Assembly (NCBI RefSeq): GCF_963506605.1 | Contig: NC_083285.1 | Location: 37,820,001-37,884,000, forward strand | Origin: Zootoca vivipara | Taxonomy: Eukaryota | DNA length: 64,000 nt | Direction: 5' to 3' | In this document: piece after piece, positions 13,941 through 28,499 of the stretch | How positions within the stretch are numbered: position 1 is the first letter of the stretch | How the letters are laid out: each line of letters begins with the position of its first letter | Translations under genes and position numbers: made by a program | Notes under the pieces: model-generated | Seen by the model: the letters and a program-made list of their open reading frames with translations, nothing else | Told to the model about the DNA's origin: nothing | Databases searched by the model: none

Positions 13941-15414
13941 TGTGAAGAATTCACATAGTATCCAAAGTTGCTTTTTTTGTATACTTCTGAAAACCAATTC
14001 ATGATCCAAAGGAAAGTAACCATCCATGAAAAGAAGAACCTTTGCATCATTCTGGGTTAGGCCAAGATAAATACAAAATCTGAAGATGGTTTCATTCATT
14101 AGAATCTGTTTTCAAATAGCATTCTAACTTGGTTTAAAAGGAAACTCAGTATAAACACTAAAAAGCTCATCAGACCTGACCTGAAATTATCTCTGTAAAA
14201 TAAAAAAGTGCAATGTTGTCTCTTCGGGTGGGTTTAAATCCAATGCTTGAATTTGAGCTTTTCTTATTTTGTTCTTGTAAATGAATTCTTAACATTTATT
14301 TGGAGGGAGGCTTATATTGGAAGGGAACTTGCAAGGGAACATGTCTGCCTTTGGAATCAGATACAGAAAATATTCCACTGTCCTGATCTCACAAAATATA
14401 AATATTTTCTAGACAAAGATGTAAATGTATTGCGCAGAGATACAGGTCACTGAAAGTGAAAATCTAGGTATTTGTTACTGAATAATGTATCCCATTCAAT
14501 GGTAATATCATTTGGGATATAACCAGGTAGTAAATTGGAATTAGAAAATATTTTGTATGCTAAGATATATATCAGGCCATAAATAGAACAAATAATTTAA
14601 GTCCCCCTCCCCTAAATAGTATATGTGTCAAACTCTTGTAACAACAAAAAGATTATTCATGGAAGAGTAATGATCATGTTGACTTCTAAATATGCCCAAA
14701 GAGTAATATCAGTTATTCATTTTGCCTACATTTAATCCCCCCATATCATTGAGTGTGTGTTTTATAAATCAAGTAGATGTGTTTTTCATTCTCTGGTTTT
14801 GTCACGGAAGCCTAGCAATTGACCATTGATTTTATTCCCCCTACTCTTCTGTGGGTTATAAAGAGAGCTGTGGGTGGTTAATTTATGAAAGTGGTGTGTG
14901 AGTAAATAAAGAGTTAAAATAAAGGCAGGCTCACTGGTTTGTTGAGATCTGTCAGAGTCTGAGTGGCTGCATATCTGTCTCAGGAACAATAGGTACCTGT
15001 ATTCTGCTGGGCAGTCAGCAGCCAATATGGAAAAGGTCTGCTTTGGTTAAGAGGTTTCTTCATGAGAAGCCCTAAGACAGTCCCACTTTTGCAGGGGGGA
15101 TGCAATCTCAACTGCCTTGAGATGAGGGGCAAAGCTTTGATCATTTCTATTCAGCACTGACTTGGCCTGAGACTGAGGTTCCCAGTCTAGAAGTCAGCAG
15201 GCTGTCTTTTCACTTTCTTCACAGAGGCACACACGCACGCACGCAAACATATGCTCTCCCTCTCCCTCGCTCCCTTACGCGCACACACACACCCTCCTTT
15301 GCTGGTCTAAGCAGGCAGCTTAGTTGTCACAGCTATAACCAAGGCATAGTGCACTGAACACAGCAGCACCTCCAGTCTCCGTGGTGGGAAGAGGGGGCAC
15401 GGAAGGTGACGACA

Positions 15415-15446
15415 ATGGAGAAGCCTCAGTCCACTTGCAAGTTTAG
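15415..15446 (+). CDS. Candidate coding end of an alternative first exon: MEKPQSTCKF + AG, phase-2 donor; the exon probably starts ~15200-15350
   Basis: acaATGg Kozak context; donor tttag|gtaaga at 15447; upstream CA/CT-rich promoter-like tract; phase fits the open frame of 41857-41992. Confidence 0.4.
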
Positions 15447-16095
15447 GTAAGAAAGAATGATTTGTTTTCTCAAGGTTTTAGACACATTAGAATCCGTTAG
15501 CTTTAAATGAAACTGCTTAAATGAAACTGTTTAAGGATAAAGATGCCAGACTCTAGGTTTTCCCCCCAATCAGTTTCTGCATTGCTAGTATAAAAACACA
15601 ACTCCATCCCACTCCTACTCTTGAGATGGTGACTAATCTAATTAGAAATGTTTCTAGCACTCACTTTTAAAAAATGCATTGTGATGCTTTCTTTTACAGG
15701 GGGATTGTGTCACAATGAGCAGTATTTATTCATTGCGGTTCAGCGGGGTAAAGTGCCTCTTTGCACCTGCCATACATATACAATATTAAAACTGTGTTCC
15801 ATCAAACCCAATTTTTAACTATTTTTATACTCCTAACTGTACCGAGTTCAGAGAGTTTTAAAAATTAACGAGCTTCCCTGCGGAGTTCAAATAGTATAAT
15901 TTACATGAACCACTGCAGCAGGAAGAAGACATTATTCTGGGAATATATTTTTAATGCAGGTGTAACCTTTAAACTTTAATACATTGCTTTCTCAACAATT
16001 TCGAGGAAAACAGAGGCATGTGCAGTCTGTACTTTAAAAGAGCCAGTGACTTAAAGAAATTAATAATCAACTTGAGCATTAACAAAATGAAACAA

Positions 16096-16098
<3 letters not shown>

Positions 16099-16174
<76 letters not shown>
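16099..16174 (+). repeat. (GT)n(AT)n compound microsatellite
   Basis: Visible tandem repeat. Confidence 0.95.
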
Positions 16175-16179
<5 letters not shown>

Positions 16180-18294
16180 TCTGTGTAAATAAATACATTT
16201 AAAGTATTTTCTCTTGATGTGCTGTGGGGATGCTACAAACAACTTACTGAATGTGTATTCCCGGATAAGCCATAATTGTTAGAGGGAAAGTATAGTAAAC
16301 AGCATTTCTTTTTGGAACACAAAATTGGAAATCTAGAGTGGAAATGCTGGAGAAACAAATTGAGGCATAAAGTTAGACAGCTAAAAGAACATGAGGGGAG
16401 GTGAATCTGCATTGGTGCTTTTTTTTAAATTGACTGTAAACCAGATGCCATCATTTCCTTATCTCAAAAGCCTAGGATTTGCTACAGCATGCCATCCCTT
16501 TACAAATATAAATTTACTGTGTGACTCCCATACAGGAACAAAGACTAACTTTGACACTGTGAGCTTTATAGTACTTTCTATTTATTGTAAACTACTGGAG
16601 ATTTTTAATGAAAGAAAAAGGAAGGCAATTTAAAGCTTGAGTGTACAGTAATCAATGTGAGGGATGCATTTTATTCAGTTGCCCATTTGCAAGATTCATT
16701 CTGAGCTTCCTGTGATATATTGTTATGTAAATATGGTTCAGCAGGGGAAAGCTGTGCTAAGGAGATTCAATTTACTTTGAAAGTTGTTCATTTTAGCTTG
16801 AGATGAATGCTATTTGTTTGATGTGATTCAAAGGAAAGAAGTGACTTTTCATTGTGAAACCTATTGTGATGCGAACAGGGTGATATAATCTTTTTAATTT
16901 TGGCTTTCACACCACAGAAGATAAAGAGAGATCTCAGCTCATTTAGTGATTGCTAAGTCTTCATGGGTGCCCAAGGACTGATCTTGGTTGCTATGGCTAA
17001 TCTGACCTCAATCTATGCTGCTTTAGGAACCAAGGCACTTTCTCTCTTTTTTACATTTAAGAGCATGTACCTTGATTTATGTCCAAAATTGTGACTAAAT
17101 GTCTTTGTATCCATATGGTAAATGGTGGCATGCAATTAATCATTTTGTAGAAGTAAACACTGCCGCCCCACTCGAAATATGTTTTGTTCTGAATTAATGG
17201 TATGGAACAAGCCAGTCTCGGCAAACAGCTATCTATTATTTTAGAGAACCATTGAAACTTGGATCAAAAAGAAGGAAATTGGCATTCACTTTGCCTTGCA
17301 TTAGTATTTCATTTCTGCTAACTGGTGATGAGACGGCATGTAGATTGACAATGAATGACTACCATTCCATCTCTCTACCTGAATATATAATAGATTAGTT
17401 CTGAGTGTGTATTTGTTCCACGAGGCCAAAAAAAGGGTCCCTGCTGCTTTATCTGATACTGTTTGTGTCCTACTCCATTATCAGTGGTTATACAAAGATT
17501 TGCAGTTAGGAGTACTTTTGCTCTTCTGAAAGAAGCTCACTGTTTTAGTCTTATGCAAGTTCCCTGAACTCAAATACTATCAGATTTTGTTACTATTAGA
17601 AATGGTCTGCCTGTATGACACTTAATGGCCCTTGCATTTTCATGTATTAGAGAATCTCTTTCACAAGGAACTACTGTGGTTAAAAGGATTTATTTATTTT
17701 TTTGTACAAAGTATTGTGGTTTTTTTTTTTAGGGAAAGGAACAGTAATATTTCTTTTCTGTTGGATGGAAATTACTGGTTTGGCTTCTTGTTTGGGTTCT
17801 GTACACCAGGATAATGTAACAGTGATCTCAAGCTAACAGAGAAAATGATCTGGTATTTTTAGCATAGCTAAAAAGCACAGCAATACTTCACAGTTTTTTG
17901 CTCTATAATGAGTTGGCTAGTTAAGATTGCCACTTCTGTAAGGACAGCCAGTTGCAGTGTTGTGCCTGATAGGATGGTTGGCATTATAAACAAAGAAAAG
18001 CTTGAATTTGTTGGTAATTGTACAAAAACAGCCCTTTAGAGGAAATCTTTTATTCTCTTTAAAAGAACCCATAACACATAAAGGCGACAGAAGTGAAAGG
18101 TAACAGCTAATTGGCTGCTGTTAGATCACTGGTTCATACCTAGGCACCACTTTGGAGACCAAAATAAGTTCAGCTATGAATGTCATAATTACCAGTATAG
18201 TAGGTTTAATGTTATATAAGGGTTTATTTAAAGCACTTGCTAACCTTGATATGCCACTTAAATCTGTTCCCCATTTTTATCATTTAAGAAGGTT

Positions 18295-18400
18295 AGTGGT
18301 TCGAGCCCACCCAGGGATGGCTGTGGGCTGGATCCCTGCATTGCAGGGGGTTGGACTAGATTACTTGGCGTACCTTCCAACTGTACAATTCTACGATTCT
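18295..18400 (+). mobile_element. SINE fragment with CR1-type 3' tail
   Basis: ggttcgagccc B-box-like motif followed by gttggactaga...ccttccaact...attctacgattct, a CR1-type tail. Confidence 0.6.
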
Positions 18401-18937
18401 GTAAATTTGAAGTATTTTCATACAGACATATTGAGATACTGTTTAATTTTCAAGAAGTTCAGTGAAAGTTGCTGGTGTAGAGAAGGTGGGAAACTTAATT
18501 AGGTGGTTTGTTAAATGGACTGTAGAAGGTGGCTCTTTTGAGAACTTATTTTATTTTTATTTTTGGTGCTGGATGGATAGCAGTATTTGACAGGATAGTA
18601 TCAATGGCTTCTCTATTGGATTTTAATAATGGTCAAAATGAAAATAAGTACAACATAACTTCTTAAAAATCAGGAAAAGTTTTGCTACAGACTTTAATGG
18701 GATCTGAATTGTAACACCTTTCAATATTTACTATGTAAACATCTTTACCTTAAAATAACGACAATTTAGGAATGTATTGGCACTTTGATCACATACAGTG
18801 TAATTCTATACATGTCTACACTGAAGTGAGTCCCATTGAGTTCAGTGGGGATTACTCCTATAATGGATAATAGGATTACACCCTTAGTTTCTGGTTTAAT
18901 AACAGTCAACATGTGGAGATCCAGATTACTGGAGTTC

Positions 18938-18944
<7 letters not shown>

Positions 18945-19016
<72 letters not shown>

Positions 19017-19030
19017 ACACCACACACACA
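18945..19030 (+). repeat. (CT)n(CA)n microsatellite
   Basis: Visible tandem repeat. Confidence 0.95.
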
Positions 19031-19834
19031 TCTGTGTGTGTAACAACAACCCACTAAAATTTACTTATCACAAATCTACAATGTACCAGCTAATGTCTAG
19101 AAGTGAGAGTACCCAAATGGGAATCCTTCATAATTATATGGGGTGAGTGATGGCAAAATTCAAACCAACAGTGCCTTCATGTTTTCATTGTCACTTCACT
19201 TCATGGTGTATGCCAATTTCAGTGTCTTGAGCATAATGGCCAATGTTCCATGTGTCTACTTAAAAAGATAAAGTGATAGAATTACATTGTCTTAGTTAAC
19301 TGCTGCCAAATACAGAAGTATTGATTAACCAGCAGGAGATGCTGTTTAAGTGTTTCAGCTGTCACCCTTCTATTGGAGACTGAGTGCATCATTTTCATCA
19401 CTGACTCATTCTCCACTAATCTATGACAAAAGGGAAATACTTTATTCCTACACTTTGGCTTCCTTATGTTCCCTTATGCTTATGAACCAAGTCTTATTTG
19501 CTTGTTGTTTGCTTTTAAAATTTGTGGTGCCATATTGTTTTCTGCTTCTGACATATAATCTTGTTGTGGCATGTGTTTATAAACCATACAGAGAGCCAAA
19601 GGCACAGGAATGTGTTGTTCACATAAAAGTAATGCTATGTTAATCATTGTTTCTTATTTTTCTTAGCTTGCTTAATGTAACATTGCTTGAACCTACATTT
19701 TTTAGAATTCTTTTTTTAAAAAATAAATAAATTCCTACATCTAATACCACCAAAGTCATATTTATATGAAAACATTTTTGTGGCTGAATGATGTTCAAAA
19801 TTATACATGCACACAGATATTCACATGTGAGATA

Positions 19835-20325
19835 TCATGGAATCAAGAATTGCAGAGTTGGAAGGGACCCTGAGGGTCATCAAGTCCAACCCTCTGCCAC
19901 ACAGGAAGGCACCAAACCTCTGCTTAAAAACCTCCAATGAAGGAGAGTCCATAACCTCCCAAAGGTTCAACTGTCAAACAGCTGATACCACCAGAAAGTT
20001 CTTCCTGATGTTTAGTCAGGATCTTCTTTCTTATTACTTGAATCCATTGGTTTGGGTCCTACCCTCCGGAGCAGGAGAAAACAAGCTTGTTCCATCTTCC
20101 ATGTGGCAGCCCTTTAGATATTTGAAGATGGCTACCATTTCTCCTCTCAGTCTCCTCTTTTCCAGGCTAAACAGACCCAGCTCCTTCCACCATTCCTCAT
20201 AAGGCTTGGTTCCCACACCCTTGATGGTCTTGGTCATCCTTCTCTGTACATGTTCTAGCTTGTCAATATGCTTTTTACATTGTGGTTCCAGAACTGAACA
20301 CAGTATTCCTGGTGTGGTCTGACCA
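19835..20325 (-). mobile_element. CR1 LINE 3' fragment (ORF2 C-terminus plus 3' end)
   Basis: ORF 20034..20339 reads KLEHVQRRMTKTIKG...PYEE..KELGLFSLEKRRLRG, a typical CR1 ORF2 tail; atagaatc-like terminal repeats. Confidence 0.92.
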
Positions 20326-20691
20326 AGATTTGCTTTCATTTTTTTTTAAAAAGGTTCTTTTATCTCCTTTTGCCATGTTAAGAAAAGAGATACTCTCTAT
20401 GAGAGACACCCAACATATTTCATCAAGAGAGTATCTGGAAGGGATAGCCTTGGGGAAATCGCCACCAAACTACTAGAAGCTACTAGAAGGATGAAAGGGC
20501 TGAAGATTTGCACAAAGCCTTTGAAACACATTAGGCTGAAACACAGAATATTCTTGTAGGGCTTTAGATGGTGCTTCCTGCCTTATAAGAGTGAATTGAA
20601 CGTGCATTTTTAGATAGCTTTAGTCCTTGTGGATTTGTATTTTCCTGGCATTCTAGGTAGATAAGCATTTATCTTCCAGTATCATACCTTA

Positions 20692-20995
20692 CAGGGGTAG
20701 TGAAATTTTTTGGTTCAATTAACATTTAAAGGTGACCTACCCAAATTTGCAGTTTTCCGAACAATATGTTAACTAAAAAGGAGCCATCCCTTGAAATATG
20801 CATTTCTCCGAATTTTGCAATGCAGTTCACCCGGCAAGTAAGGTGTACAAAAAATACATGTATTTGAGTAAAGTGTGCATAGAAATGCATATATTAGTGA
20901 AACTACAATTACAGAAGCATTATACTAGTGGCAATTGCTTTGCAAAAATGTGTTATACTTGGGGAAATTGTATACAAACATGTATATTCTGGATT
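20692..20995 (+). mobile_element. Old squamate non-autonomous DNA-transposon-like repeat (PIF/Harbinger-like, inferred)
   Basis: Similar to 31810-31990, 40980-41342 (inverted), 48290-48650 and 59113-59500; shared catttaaaggtgaacctacc...gaattttgc..tgcagttctcc core. Confidence 0.55.
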
Positions 20996-22399
20996 TAGTC
21001 TGTAGTCCTGTGTACCCACTTCCCTGGGAATAAGCCCCATTGAATTTAGTGGGATTTTTCCTTTTGAGTAGACACTTATAGGCTTGTGCTGTTACACAGC
21101 CAGTTTAAGAGTCATTTGTGATTATTGAATTATGTCATTTTTTTCCTGGATATGGGGAGGCACCAATTCACCTCCTTGCAGAGGGTGCAAGGCACGGGAG
21201 TGAGAGCCAGATACAGGGTGCAAGGGAGCCTAGTTACACCTCTGCCCCTCTTTGAAACCACTGGCAAGCCATGTTGACAACACTGAGCGAGGTGGTCTGG
21301 CTCAGCATAAGGCAGCTTCCTATGATCTTTTAAAATATGAGGTGTGAATGTTACAGACGGGTATTTCAAAACACTTATATGACACACAAGAGAGCCGCAG
21401 CTGGGAGCAGCACTGTGCTGCAATCCTATTGCATCTGTGTGATGTGTAAAACAGCCCTGCACTTTGAAAAATCTCTCCTCATTTTAATGTATGGCTAGTT
21501 CAGTCTTGTTCCCTTTCCTTTCACCATCTGTGGGCTCTGTTGCAGTGGGAGAAGCCTAGCAGCACAACTTCCAATACAGTGCAAAATAAAATAAAAATGT
21601 TAAGTTAACAAGAGGCCTTGGCAGAGAGACTAAAGTATGGGAAGGAATATTTGCTGCAATTATTTCTTCCCTCTCATCTTATTCAGAAACATGAAGGGCT
21701 GTTACATCTACAGTACACAGCTTGGCAAGAGAAGCATTTTGTTGTGACTGGGCTTCTGTTGAGCTTTGCCAGTGTTCATTTATTTTAGAACATAAAGAAT
21801 GCTATCCTATCTCCACTCACCTGGAAGTGAGCCCAGAATTGTGCTGAAAATGGATCAAATTCCAGTCCGTTTCTGATTTCTGTAGGGTAGGTCCATTTAA
21901 CTCCACTTCTTAGTGGGATACTCCACCCTCCCCTCCCCCCACCAATGGGATTTCCATATATTGGCACCTTGAATTTCTGTGTTATGTGTCACTCTGTCCC
22001 TGTCTTGCTCATGTCTAGGGCGTGAGTGTGTAGAGTATGGGGTAAAGCTGCAAACCAACATCACGTACCCCCCCCTTAGTGACCATATATTGTGTACAGT
22101 TGTGCAAGCAAAAAGCCCAACACCCAAACTCCTGTGCAGTTAATACATCTGATTATTTGGGAGCCTTAATCATGTAGAGCTCCTCCTCAGGCCTTGCTCC
22201 TTAATCTATACACATATGCCATACAGGTGAGTAATGTGTGATAGGGCTGAAATGAACTACTATTGAGCTATAAAAATATCCATTATTTGGGGCTATTGAT
22301 GTTACAATCTACTCAGTAATATCACCATGGCAGTTGTTTATTTCCTTGACATCTGACAGGAGAACATTCCACAGGGCGGGCGTGACTTCTGAGGGCCTT

Positions 22400-22610
22400 C
22401 TTGGTAGTTGTGCCTGTCCTATGGAATGCGTTCCTGTCAGATGTCAAGGAAATAAACAACTATCTGACTTTCAGAAGACATCTGAAGGGATGTATAGATA
22501 CATTTTTAATGTCTGGTGTTTTACTGTTGTTTTATAATCTGTTGGAAGTTGGGCAACCCAGTCAAATGGGTGGAATATACGCAAATTAATATTACTACTA
22601 CTACTACTGG
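22400..22610 (+). mobile_element. L2-like LINE 3' end with (TAC)n tail
   Basis: gatgtcaaggaaataaacaactatctgactttcagaagacatctgaagg..., shared with the copies at 22725 and 25990. Confidence 0.7.
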
Positions 22611-22724
22611 GAGTAAGTGATAGCATATGGTAAATTCCGCTGCCTTTTCTATTTTCCCAGTCCCATTGAGTACATGTCTGTAGAAAAACCACCTGGTGAT
22701 TGGAAACTACTCTATATTATTCAT

Positions 22725-22897
22725 TTAGACTTTTAGAAGACATCTGAAGGCAGCCCTGTTTAGGGAAGCTTTTAATGTTTAACAGACTATTGTATTTCAA
22801 TACTTTGTTGGAAGCCGCCCAGAGTGGCTGGAGAAACCCAGCCAGATGGGTGGGGTATAAATAATAATAATAATAATAAGAATAATAATAATAATTC
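22725..22897 (+). mobile_element. L2-like LINE 3' end with (AAT)n tail
   Basis: ttttagaagacatctgaaggcagccctg...gccgcccagagtggctgg...gggtataaataataat. Confidence 0.8.
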
Positions 22898-25812
22898 ACT
22901 GCCTTCTCAATTATTCAATTCAATATGTCTATGCAGTTTCGCTTGTGGTTACTCTGGGCCATATATTTTCTAGTTTTAAAGTTGATCATGTGTTTATTAA
23001 TCCTTGAGGTTATTTTATTACACTAGATTACTCTTGGTTATGGAGAGACCCTGTGTCTGTTCCTTTAGTAAAATATTCTTGACAGGATGGCCACAGGAAG
23101 GGTTGAGATACTTCTGTGAAACTGGCTCAGGACCCCCTTCCCCCTTAATCACTTCTCTTCATGGATCAAATTTGGGGGTAGAGAGAGTGAGCGCTCACCA
23201 CCCTGCTTGCTAGCCCTGCTACTGCTGTTGTATCCCCTTCCTGCTACCCACACTTTGGGGGTTAAGATCTAAAGCAGAAAGTCTTCACACATGTAGGCTC
23301 TTCTTGCGATTTTGAACAATTATAACCACGGGGTGGAGAAGAAACAACTGAAGGAGGCTTAGAACTTACTCCTCCTTCAGAGCATATGGTCATACAAATA
23401 ATTTCTTAGACAGCTATGCCATCATCTGTTCCAGCAACATGTCTTAAGTTAACCCCCCTCTCAGTCATCTCCTTATCCAAAAATCTTATGGGCAAGAGAC
23501 AGCTAATTATTTCTAGTTTACTGTTGCTTACTAATGAGATATTGCCTGTACTACAGAATGTATCACCAAATGGCATGGAGAAGGGAAACATTTGCATCAG
23601 TTCATATGGATCTTACTCTTCTTCCGCCATAGCCACCAGCTTCTGCCATTATAGATACCTTTCCTACCTGGCTGTGCCTGCGATTATGTGAAGGCCACAC
23701 ATGAGGGCTTTCTGTGAACCTTCCATTACTTCCTGGCACATGGACTGCTGGAACAATAGTATCCAAGGCAGAAGGAGCCTCAGGGTATAATTTTTTTGGG
23801 GGTATCTGAATTCCATACTAAGTTCTCTGATGGCCCAGGTGGAAGAAACCATGAATCCCCAGGGCCTGGTTCTCATTTGGGAAGTAGTCCTGAGTTTGGG
23901 CTGTACCTTCAGATTCTGTGTGTGGGCTCTCGTAAGACAATGTTCCTTCATACAAAACAATTCCCTTTACATAGAAAGCTAGTAACCTGGAGCCCTTCTC
24001 CCCCAATGTGGTAGCTTTCTATGATCAGTTCAGTGATCTAGATGGCAGGATGTAATTGACACTGGTCACTGACATCAAGAGGTGAGCGTTAGAGGAAAAG
24101 AGAAGGGCAGTGGAGCAAGGTTAGGAAGTACAGGGGAGTTGGGGTGGTGTTTGAGTCCTGCTTCATTCCCACTGATGTCATATGAACATGGGAGCTGAAC
24201 TTTGGAATGGGCTCAGAAACAGCAGCAGCCTTCTATTTCAACCTCCACCCCTCAAAAACAAACAAACAAACAAAACTTTACAAACCAAGATGGTGGTGGT
24301 TCATCCATCACTCAAAATGATACAGATCTGTCTTCATTCGTGTCCTCTTATGTGGAAAAATGAGGTTTAGTACAGAGAATCCGAAACCTCAACTCTCCAT
24401 CCCCTTCAGATGTCTAGGCTCCCCCATCCAATAGAAATATGGAAACCCAGACTACTGGGGTGAAAAGCATTCTGCTTTGAATTAATCATTGTTTTGCTAT
24501 CCAAAGAAAGTGATAACGCCTGACATTGCATTCCAGTCACCAGCAAAACTTCAGTTGAGAATGGCAGCTGTAAATATCAGTTTTGCATTGCCAAGGCTTG
24601 CAGTTGACTCCAGTGGTTGTTACTTAGCTTGTCACTTTGCAGAAGAGATCATGACATCATTGACCGCAACAGAGCTCCCTTCCTGGTCACATTAGGGTAA
24701 CAGTGGATAGCCATTTCTATTCTATTTCTGATGGTCATTCTAATCAGTCTGTGTAGGAGAGCTCAATTTGGAGGGCTAACTGAGGGGGGCAGCTGCTGCA
24801 CTGAGACTAGAAATAACACCACAATCAAAGGGTAAAAGCTTAATAAAAAGAAGTAATAAATTGCTACCTCTCCACAGCTTTACCTTTGGAAAGCCTGCTG
24901 TGGAGATCCTGATCATCCCAGCCAGCATAATTTTCCCAGAGTACCTGGTTGGAGCAGACTTGGGAATGGGAATGAATTCACAAGCCTTGAGTACTGTCCT
25001 GAATACTAGATGCTGTGGTTTCTATGGCAACAGAAACCAAAGATGACAGTCAGGAGGAGTAGCTAACAAAAGCTCCTACTCAACTGCTGGATGCTAATTT
25101 GAAAATATTGCCCTTTTGAAAAACAAAAACAAAACAAAAAACGCCTTGCTTTATTTATCCCCATTCAATCCCCTTTCCATGGAAAGGAATAATAATAATA
25201 AAAAGCAGTGGGTTGCGCTTCTCAGCAGCAATAGATGAAAACAATCGCTTGACACTTTGATAATCTAGCTACCAGGCAAAGGCCCATAAGTGTTTCAGTT
25301 TTCAAAACTTGGAACAGGTTTATAAGGTGTGTGGTTTTTAAGAGGAAGAGGAAGAACGCTAGAGGACCTGTCTCACCTTCAAGTGCACTTAAGCACCTGC
25401 AATGCAAATTCTACATGCTAAAGAGGTTTCATGAGATCAGAATCAGGCTGACCAGTTGCTGTCATACGTTGAATTGTGTGTATTTAAGTCCTGGTGCCAC
25501 TTTGATGTACAGAGCTGAGCTTGGCACTGCCGCCGCCACAGCATTTCATTTATTTTACTTTATAACCTCAACATAATATAACAACAGTTTGAAACAATTA
25601 AACCTGCAAATATGTCAAATCCCCTGAAAACAAAAGAATAATAACTTAGAATTCCAAATGAAATTTTATATGTATCTGTCAAGGGGGAGTTCTACTGGTT
25701 CTAGAAAATGTTTCTAGAATTCAGGTGCTCTGTAAATTTTTATGACATATTATAGGAAGTCTCTCAGGTATGCATGGCCCGAAGACATTTGGGATATACA
25801 GATCAATACTAA

Positions 25813-25949
25813 CAAACTCTCCAAGTGTCCCTATTTTCCAGGCACCGTCCTGGTTTTACAGAAGCCGTCTTGGCTTTGATTTGATCCCAGAATGTCCCAC
25901 TTTTCCTTAGGACATCCCTATTTTCATTGGAAAAACAGTGGAGGATATG
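25813..25949. mobile_element. hAT (Tip100-like) MITE with tgtccc repeats
   Basis: Imperfect TIRs caaactctccaa / gtggaggatatg; repeated gtccc/ggac motifs; no TSD. Confidence 0.55.
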
Positions 25950-25989
25950 GAGTTGTGTGACCCCCCTCCCCCAAGCCAAGGAGATTAGT

Positions 25990-26172
25990 AACTAGACAAC
26001 CTTTAGAAGACGTCTGAAGGCAGCCCTGTATAAGGAAGTTTTTAAATGTTTAATGTTTTATTGTGTTTTTTTACATGTTGGAAGCTGCCCAGGTTGACTG
26101 GGGCAACCCAGTCAGATGGCCAGAGTAGTAGTAGTAGTAATATTAATTATTATTTATTATTATTATTATTAT
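25990..26172 (+). mobile_element. L2-like LINE 3' end with (TAG)/(TAT) tail
   Basis: Same family as 22725-22897. Confidence 0.75.
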
Positions 26173-27246
26173 TCAGGGCTAAAGTGTCCTCCAGTGACCA
26201 GTAAACCAGTCATTCTCATTATATAAGAGTTGTGTTGCCTGTTCCAAGGAACATTCATGATGATCCTATACTTCTCATGCTTCTGAGTCTTGTTTGAAAG
26301 GGGACAATGTTTTTTAAGTTAATAAAAAAGTCTGTGGGAAAGATTTCCATCCCCTTCTGCCCCTGATAAGATCCGAACTATGGGAAGAGGAAGTCAAAAT
26401 GATCCATATTTTTTTCACCACTTCCTTGGAATCTCCAAAGTGTCTGCTACTGTCATATGAACTTGGGTTCAATGGACTGACCCTTATTCTGACTTCATCT
26501 ATAGGTGGTTTCATGGCATGTGAAGCTGAAACAAACGTACTCCCAAATCCTTGTTACTATGGAGTAAAAACTGCATGGGTGAGTGGAAACAGTATCAAAA
26601 AGTCCCGTGGAACCGTAGAATACTAATATAGTGCAGTTCTATATAGGTTTAGTCAGAAATAAATCTCACTAAGCAAGTGTGCATAGGATTGCATTTATAC
26701 AGTGTCAATCATTTTTAGGGCATTGGATGCCTGGGTTGCAGAAACTGATCCTTCCGGCTTTGTGATTCTAGGGTGAGTGTTACATCTTGAGTTAATGAAG
26801 TGGGGACAAGAGGTGAGACATCTGTCACTTTTCTTCTCCGGCTGTCAGCACTTCAAATGCCTATTCCCCCACTCCCATCTTCTTCTTCCTCTTCTCTCCA
26901 ATCACTTCTATTCCCATGTGGCCAATTGGCACGCTTGAGTCTCCACTATATTTCAGGATCAACCTCAACCTTCCTTTTTCATCAAGAAATTTATTTTATT
27001 TCTCCATCCATCCAATTCATAGCTAAATGAACTAAATTAATAGCTAAATTAACTGTGGATGAAAAATTGTACTGGAGAATTGCTGGTACATTCTCAAAAT
27101 ATTGTTCATTTACTTTCATGTTGTTAAATCCTCTCCATACTGCCCTCTAGCTATCAGTTTAGCGATTTGGTACTTTTAAATTTTCTTTTGCAAATTAATC
27201 CTTAATTCCACCTTGCATGAGCATTTCTGCTTCTTAGGAGGGATAA

Positions 27247-27590
27247 AGGGATCCCTGACCGTTAGGTCCAGTTGCGAATGACTCTGGGGTTGCGGCTCTC
27301 ATCTCGCTTTACTGGCCGAGGGAGCTGGCATACAGCTTCCGGGTAATGTGGCCAGCATGACTAAGCCCCTTCTGGCGAACCAGAGCAGCGCACCGAAACC
27401 CCATTTACCTTCCCGCTGGAGCGGTACCTATTTATCTACTTGCACTTTGATGTGCTTTCGAACTGCTAGGTTGGCAGGCGTTGGGACCGAGCAATGGGAG
27501 CTCACCCCGTCGCAGGGATTGGAACTGCTGACCTTCTGATCGGCAAGTTCTAGGCTCTGTGGTTTAGCCCACAGCACCACCCGCATACCC
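27247..27590 (-). mobile_element. Sauria SINE (Squam1), essentially full length
   Basis: tRNA-like head on the minus strand (ggtggtgctgtgg...agttccaatccc); 13-bp TSD ttaggagggataa at 27234-27246 and 27591-27603. Confidence 0.95.
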
Positions 27591-28499
27591 TTAGGAGGGA
27601 TAAGCATGTGCTTATTAGAAGATGATAAGGAAAATAACCTCAGGACTGAAGTACATATTCCAAATAAGTGACAACAGAAGATGCACACCTTACTCATGAG
27701 CTCTGCTACATCCATGTGCTCCTGATACATTTCAAAAGAAAATTTAAACATGCCTGTAAGCAACAGGTAAACCTTATCCCTGAAAATAATATCCACTATC
27801 CTCTCCTTAAATGCTGTAATGAGCCCCTCTGATAAAACTAAGGCTTTGGATCTGTGTTTAATATCTCAATCACAGGTTCTGATACTCAAGGGTGCCTGGA
27901 AATAATATATTTCCTCTAATACTGATCAGAGTCCAACAATTATGCTTGCCACCTGACTTACCATCTCAATATGGTGAAAGGTCAGCCAGGCTATGGTGAG
28001 CAGGACAATCCTATGGCTTCTTCCCAATGCTGGAGCTGCAGAGTGGGAGATGGTGATTCCTGCTCCCTCCTTAAACAGGGGAGGAAACTAGCTATTTGGT
28101 TTACTTCTGTGCTTGATGGGTACAAGCAAAGAGGTAAAACCAACTAACCAGGGATGGTGGAGGTGTGTTGGATTTTAGAGGCCTGCCAGCCTGGCACCAA
28201 TGGAGAAGGCCATACACTTTTGGTTCTGAGCTGTGAAGGTTCAGGTCTGTGCTTCTCAGGCTGGCTGGGAGGAGGTTGGAGCTCCAACAATCTTATACAT
28301 TTGTAGGCCTAATGTGGACTGTGGCATCCCCATGCCTTCCACACCTCTGATGCAGCAGAGGCCTTTGAACTTATGGGCCTTATAATGGCCTATAGACATC
28401 ATTGGTTCTTGAGATATAGTGTAGGCTGCACAAGGCAGACTCAATCTGCCCAAGAAATTCTAAAACCTCTTAAAAACTTGATTTCTTTCCACCTGCAGC

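Noticed and set aside
22220-22235. Strong donor consensus cag|gtgagt
   Set aside because: No convincing upstream acceptor or promoter; isolated consensus sites are common in long introns
27460-27590. tRNA-like A/B boxes
   Set aside because: Head of a Sauria SINE, not a tRNA gene
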